This document shows positions 61,760 through 64,000 of a DNA stretch of 64,000 nt, piece by piece. Each line of letters opens with the position of its first letter. Within the stretch, counting starts at the first letter, position 1. Origin of the DNA: Selaginella moellendorffii (lineage: Eukaryota > Plantae > Lycopodiophyta); assembly GCF_000143415.4 (NCBI RefSeq), contig NW_003314265.1, forward strand, positions 1,632,446-1,696,445, given 5' to 3'. The notes under the pieces were generated by a model. It did no database searches. It saw nothing but the letters and a program-made list of their open reading frames with translations, and had not been told where the DNA came from. The translations under genes were made by a program, and so were the position numbers.

Positions 61760-63914
61760 ATGGAAGATCCCGTGTTCGGGAGTGGCGGATTCGGCGATCT
61801 CGGCCTGGAGCCACGCCTCGCGGCGCATTTGCACGGTAAGGCGATTTCATCTAGAACACACGCGACAGCGGCGCATTTTCAGGAGCTATGGGGTTCCAAT
61901 CTCCAACTGTTGTCCAGAAATCGGCGATTCCATTACTTCTTTCGGGGAGGGATCTGTGAGTGTTATTCTTTGTTTTGTGAGAGCGGTCTTGACAGTTTTA
62001 CCAGCCTCGTGAATGCCCGGACAGGAACGGGAAAGACGCTGGTATATCTGGCTCCAATCGTCCATGGTTTACAAGCGCGTGAACCGAAAATCACTAGGAC
62101 GGAGGGTACATTTGGTACGAAGAGTTCCTTCTCCTAGTTTGTTTTTCTTTTCTCGTTTGCTACTTTCAAGGTTGATGTTTTCACTGTCCACAGCTGTGAT
62201 CCTCGTTCCAACGAGGGAGCTTTGCATCCAAGTATGTGGCGTAGCAGAGCAGCTTGTGCACCGTTTCCATTGGCTTGTTCCAGGCCACATTATGGGTGGA
62301 GAAAACCGAGCGAAAGAGAAAGCGCGGCTGCGGAAAGGTGTGTTGAAGTCTCTTGTCTGGTCTTGAACTAAATTCCAGATTCTGGCTAGTCAGGTATCAC
62401 CATTCTGATCGCTACACCCGGACGCTTGCTGGATCATTTGAAGAACACTGCGTCGTTTCAGTATGACTTTTTGCAATGGATTGTTTTTGACGAGGCGGAT
62501 AGGTGGGAAGTTTCGTGATTTTGTTTCTCCTTCTAAAATACTGTCCTTCAGGTTATTAGACATGGGATTCGAGAAGGATATCAGAAGCATTCTCGATTTC
62601 CTTGGTACGCACCAGCGTAATGGCAGCAAAAGGCAGCACGTTCTTTTATCGGCCACACTGAACGATAGAGTGAACAAGCTTGCCAAGATTAGTCTCTGCG
62701 ATCCTGCTACCATAGGTTTGTCGTCAACGCCTCCTGAAGGAGCGCCGGACCTGGACACCAACGCTAATATTGAATACAGCATCTCGGATAAGCTGCAACA
62801 GTGTGTTCTAAAAGGTTCTACACCAATTTTATTGTCTTTGCTTGGGTTCTAACATCTCCTCACGTGTCCGTAGTTTCAAGCAAGATACGTCTGGTCACAT
62901 TGTTGGCTCTGCTAAGGCTGAAACTTTACAGCACAAAAGGCTCCTACAAGGTAAGCTTTTTGTCTCTCTAAATGTTTTGGTGATCATACAAATGTTTTTC
63001 CAGATAGTTGTCTTTTTCTCCACATGCGATGCAGTAGATTTTCACCATACTGTCATGAGCAGATTCTCCTGGGTCATGGACGACGGAAGCTCCATGCGGG
63101 GGAGATTTTTGGATTGCGACATATTTAAGCTGCACGGCAATGTCGAACAGAGGGAACGAACGGACACGTTTCACAAGTTCTCGCAGGCTGAAAGGGCCCT
63201 GCTCCTGTGCACGGACGTCGCTGCACGGGGACTTGATTTTAAGGGGCTTAGTTTCATAGTGCAATATGATCCTCCAGGTGAACCTGTAGATTACGTGCAC
63301 AGGTAAGTTATCGTGCATTTCAAGGCCTTTCTACGCTACTAATGCTTGTAATCGCAGAGTTGGAAGAACTGCCAGGCTTGGTAGGAAAGGTGAAGCAGCT
63401 TTGTTTCTACAACCGTGTGAAGCCGAGTACGTTCAAGAACTGCGCAAGCATGGCGTGGTTCTGAAGGACCTCGACACTCGTAAGGTTCTGGATTCTATCT
63501 ACACCATTTCTCAGAAAAGGAGCTTTGCAAGCGTCGACGTTGCAGAAATGCATCCAGCAGCTGCAGCCATGCAAACCGCTCTCGAGTCATTTGTCACGTC
63601 AGAGGTACAAACTCCAACTGGCCCTTTCCGTTTTGTTTTCTCATTTTTGAGTTTTCTTTCAGGGTGACCTCAAGCAGCTTGCAGTGAATGCATTTCGCTC
63701 TTCCGTGCGTGCGTATGCCGTCCATAGGGAGGGCTTGAGGAAAATCTTCCAGGTGAGAATGCTTCACCTGGGACACGTAGCCAAGAGCTTTGCTCTCCGC
63801 GACGCACCATCGGGCTTGTCCAAGTGCTCCGCGCAAAAGGCATCCAAGAGAATGAGAGCTGAAAAGAAGAGAGCCGGGAAAAAGAGGAGGCTCCACGCTG
63901 CCAAAATGGAATAG
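61760..63914 (+). CDS. RH17: DEAD-box RNA helicase RH17 (DBP7/DDX31 family), multi-exon
   Basis: Q motif (FQSPTVVQ), [73 protein letters not shown]. Confidence 0.93.
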
Positions 63915-64000
63915 AGAAGCGGTAGCTAAAGCTGCATTCTTTCGTGGACTAAAAATATCTATCAATCAATATATTTGAGTTTCTACTTATTGCCTAAGAT

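Overview
Eukaryotic plant nuclear DNA. GC-rich exons, ~50-nt introns and dense genes suggest a compact lycophyte genome such as Selaginella (inference). The left gene island (1.9-9.6 kb) holds CBF5/dyskerin, Derlin-1, a frameshifted GDPD and the PPR-LAGLIDADG protein OTP51. The middle (11-40.6 kb) is a nested LTR-retrotransposon cluster. It includes an intact 865-bp TRIM with a 96-bp x3 internal repeat and an AT-rich secreted B-lectin pseudogene. It also includes a young chromovirus split by a ~10.4-kb inversion: its two LTRs are now inverted but still carry the same AAATC TSD. The right part (40.6-64 kb) is a segmental tandem duplication of the block GRDP - CBSX - tRNA-Pro - RH17. The first copy keeps only GRDP intact and the second keeps all four; a third, partial copy of the block's left end lies beside OTP51. 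The intact tRNA-Pro(AGG) sits inside a ~310-bp head-to-head promoter, ending 50 bp before the RH17 ATG. All coordinates were counted by eye; TE boundaries without TSDs are approximate.
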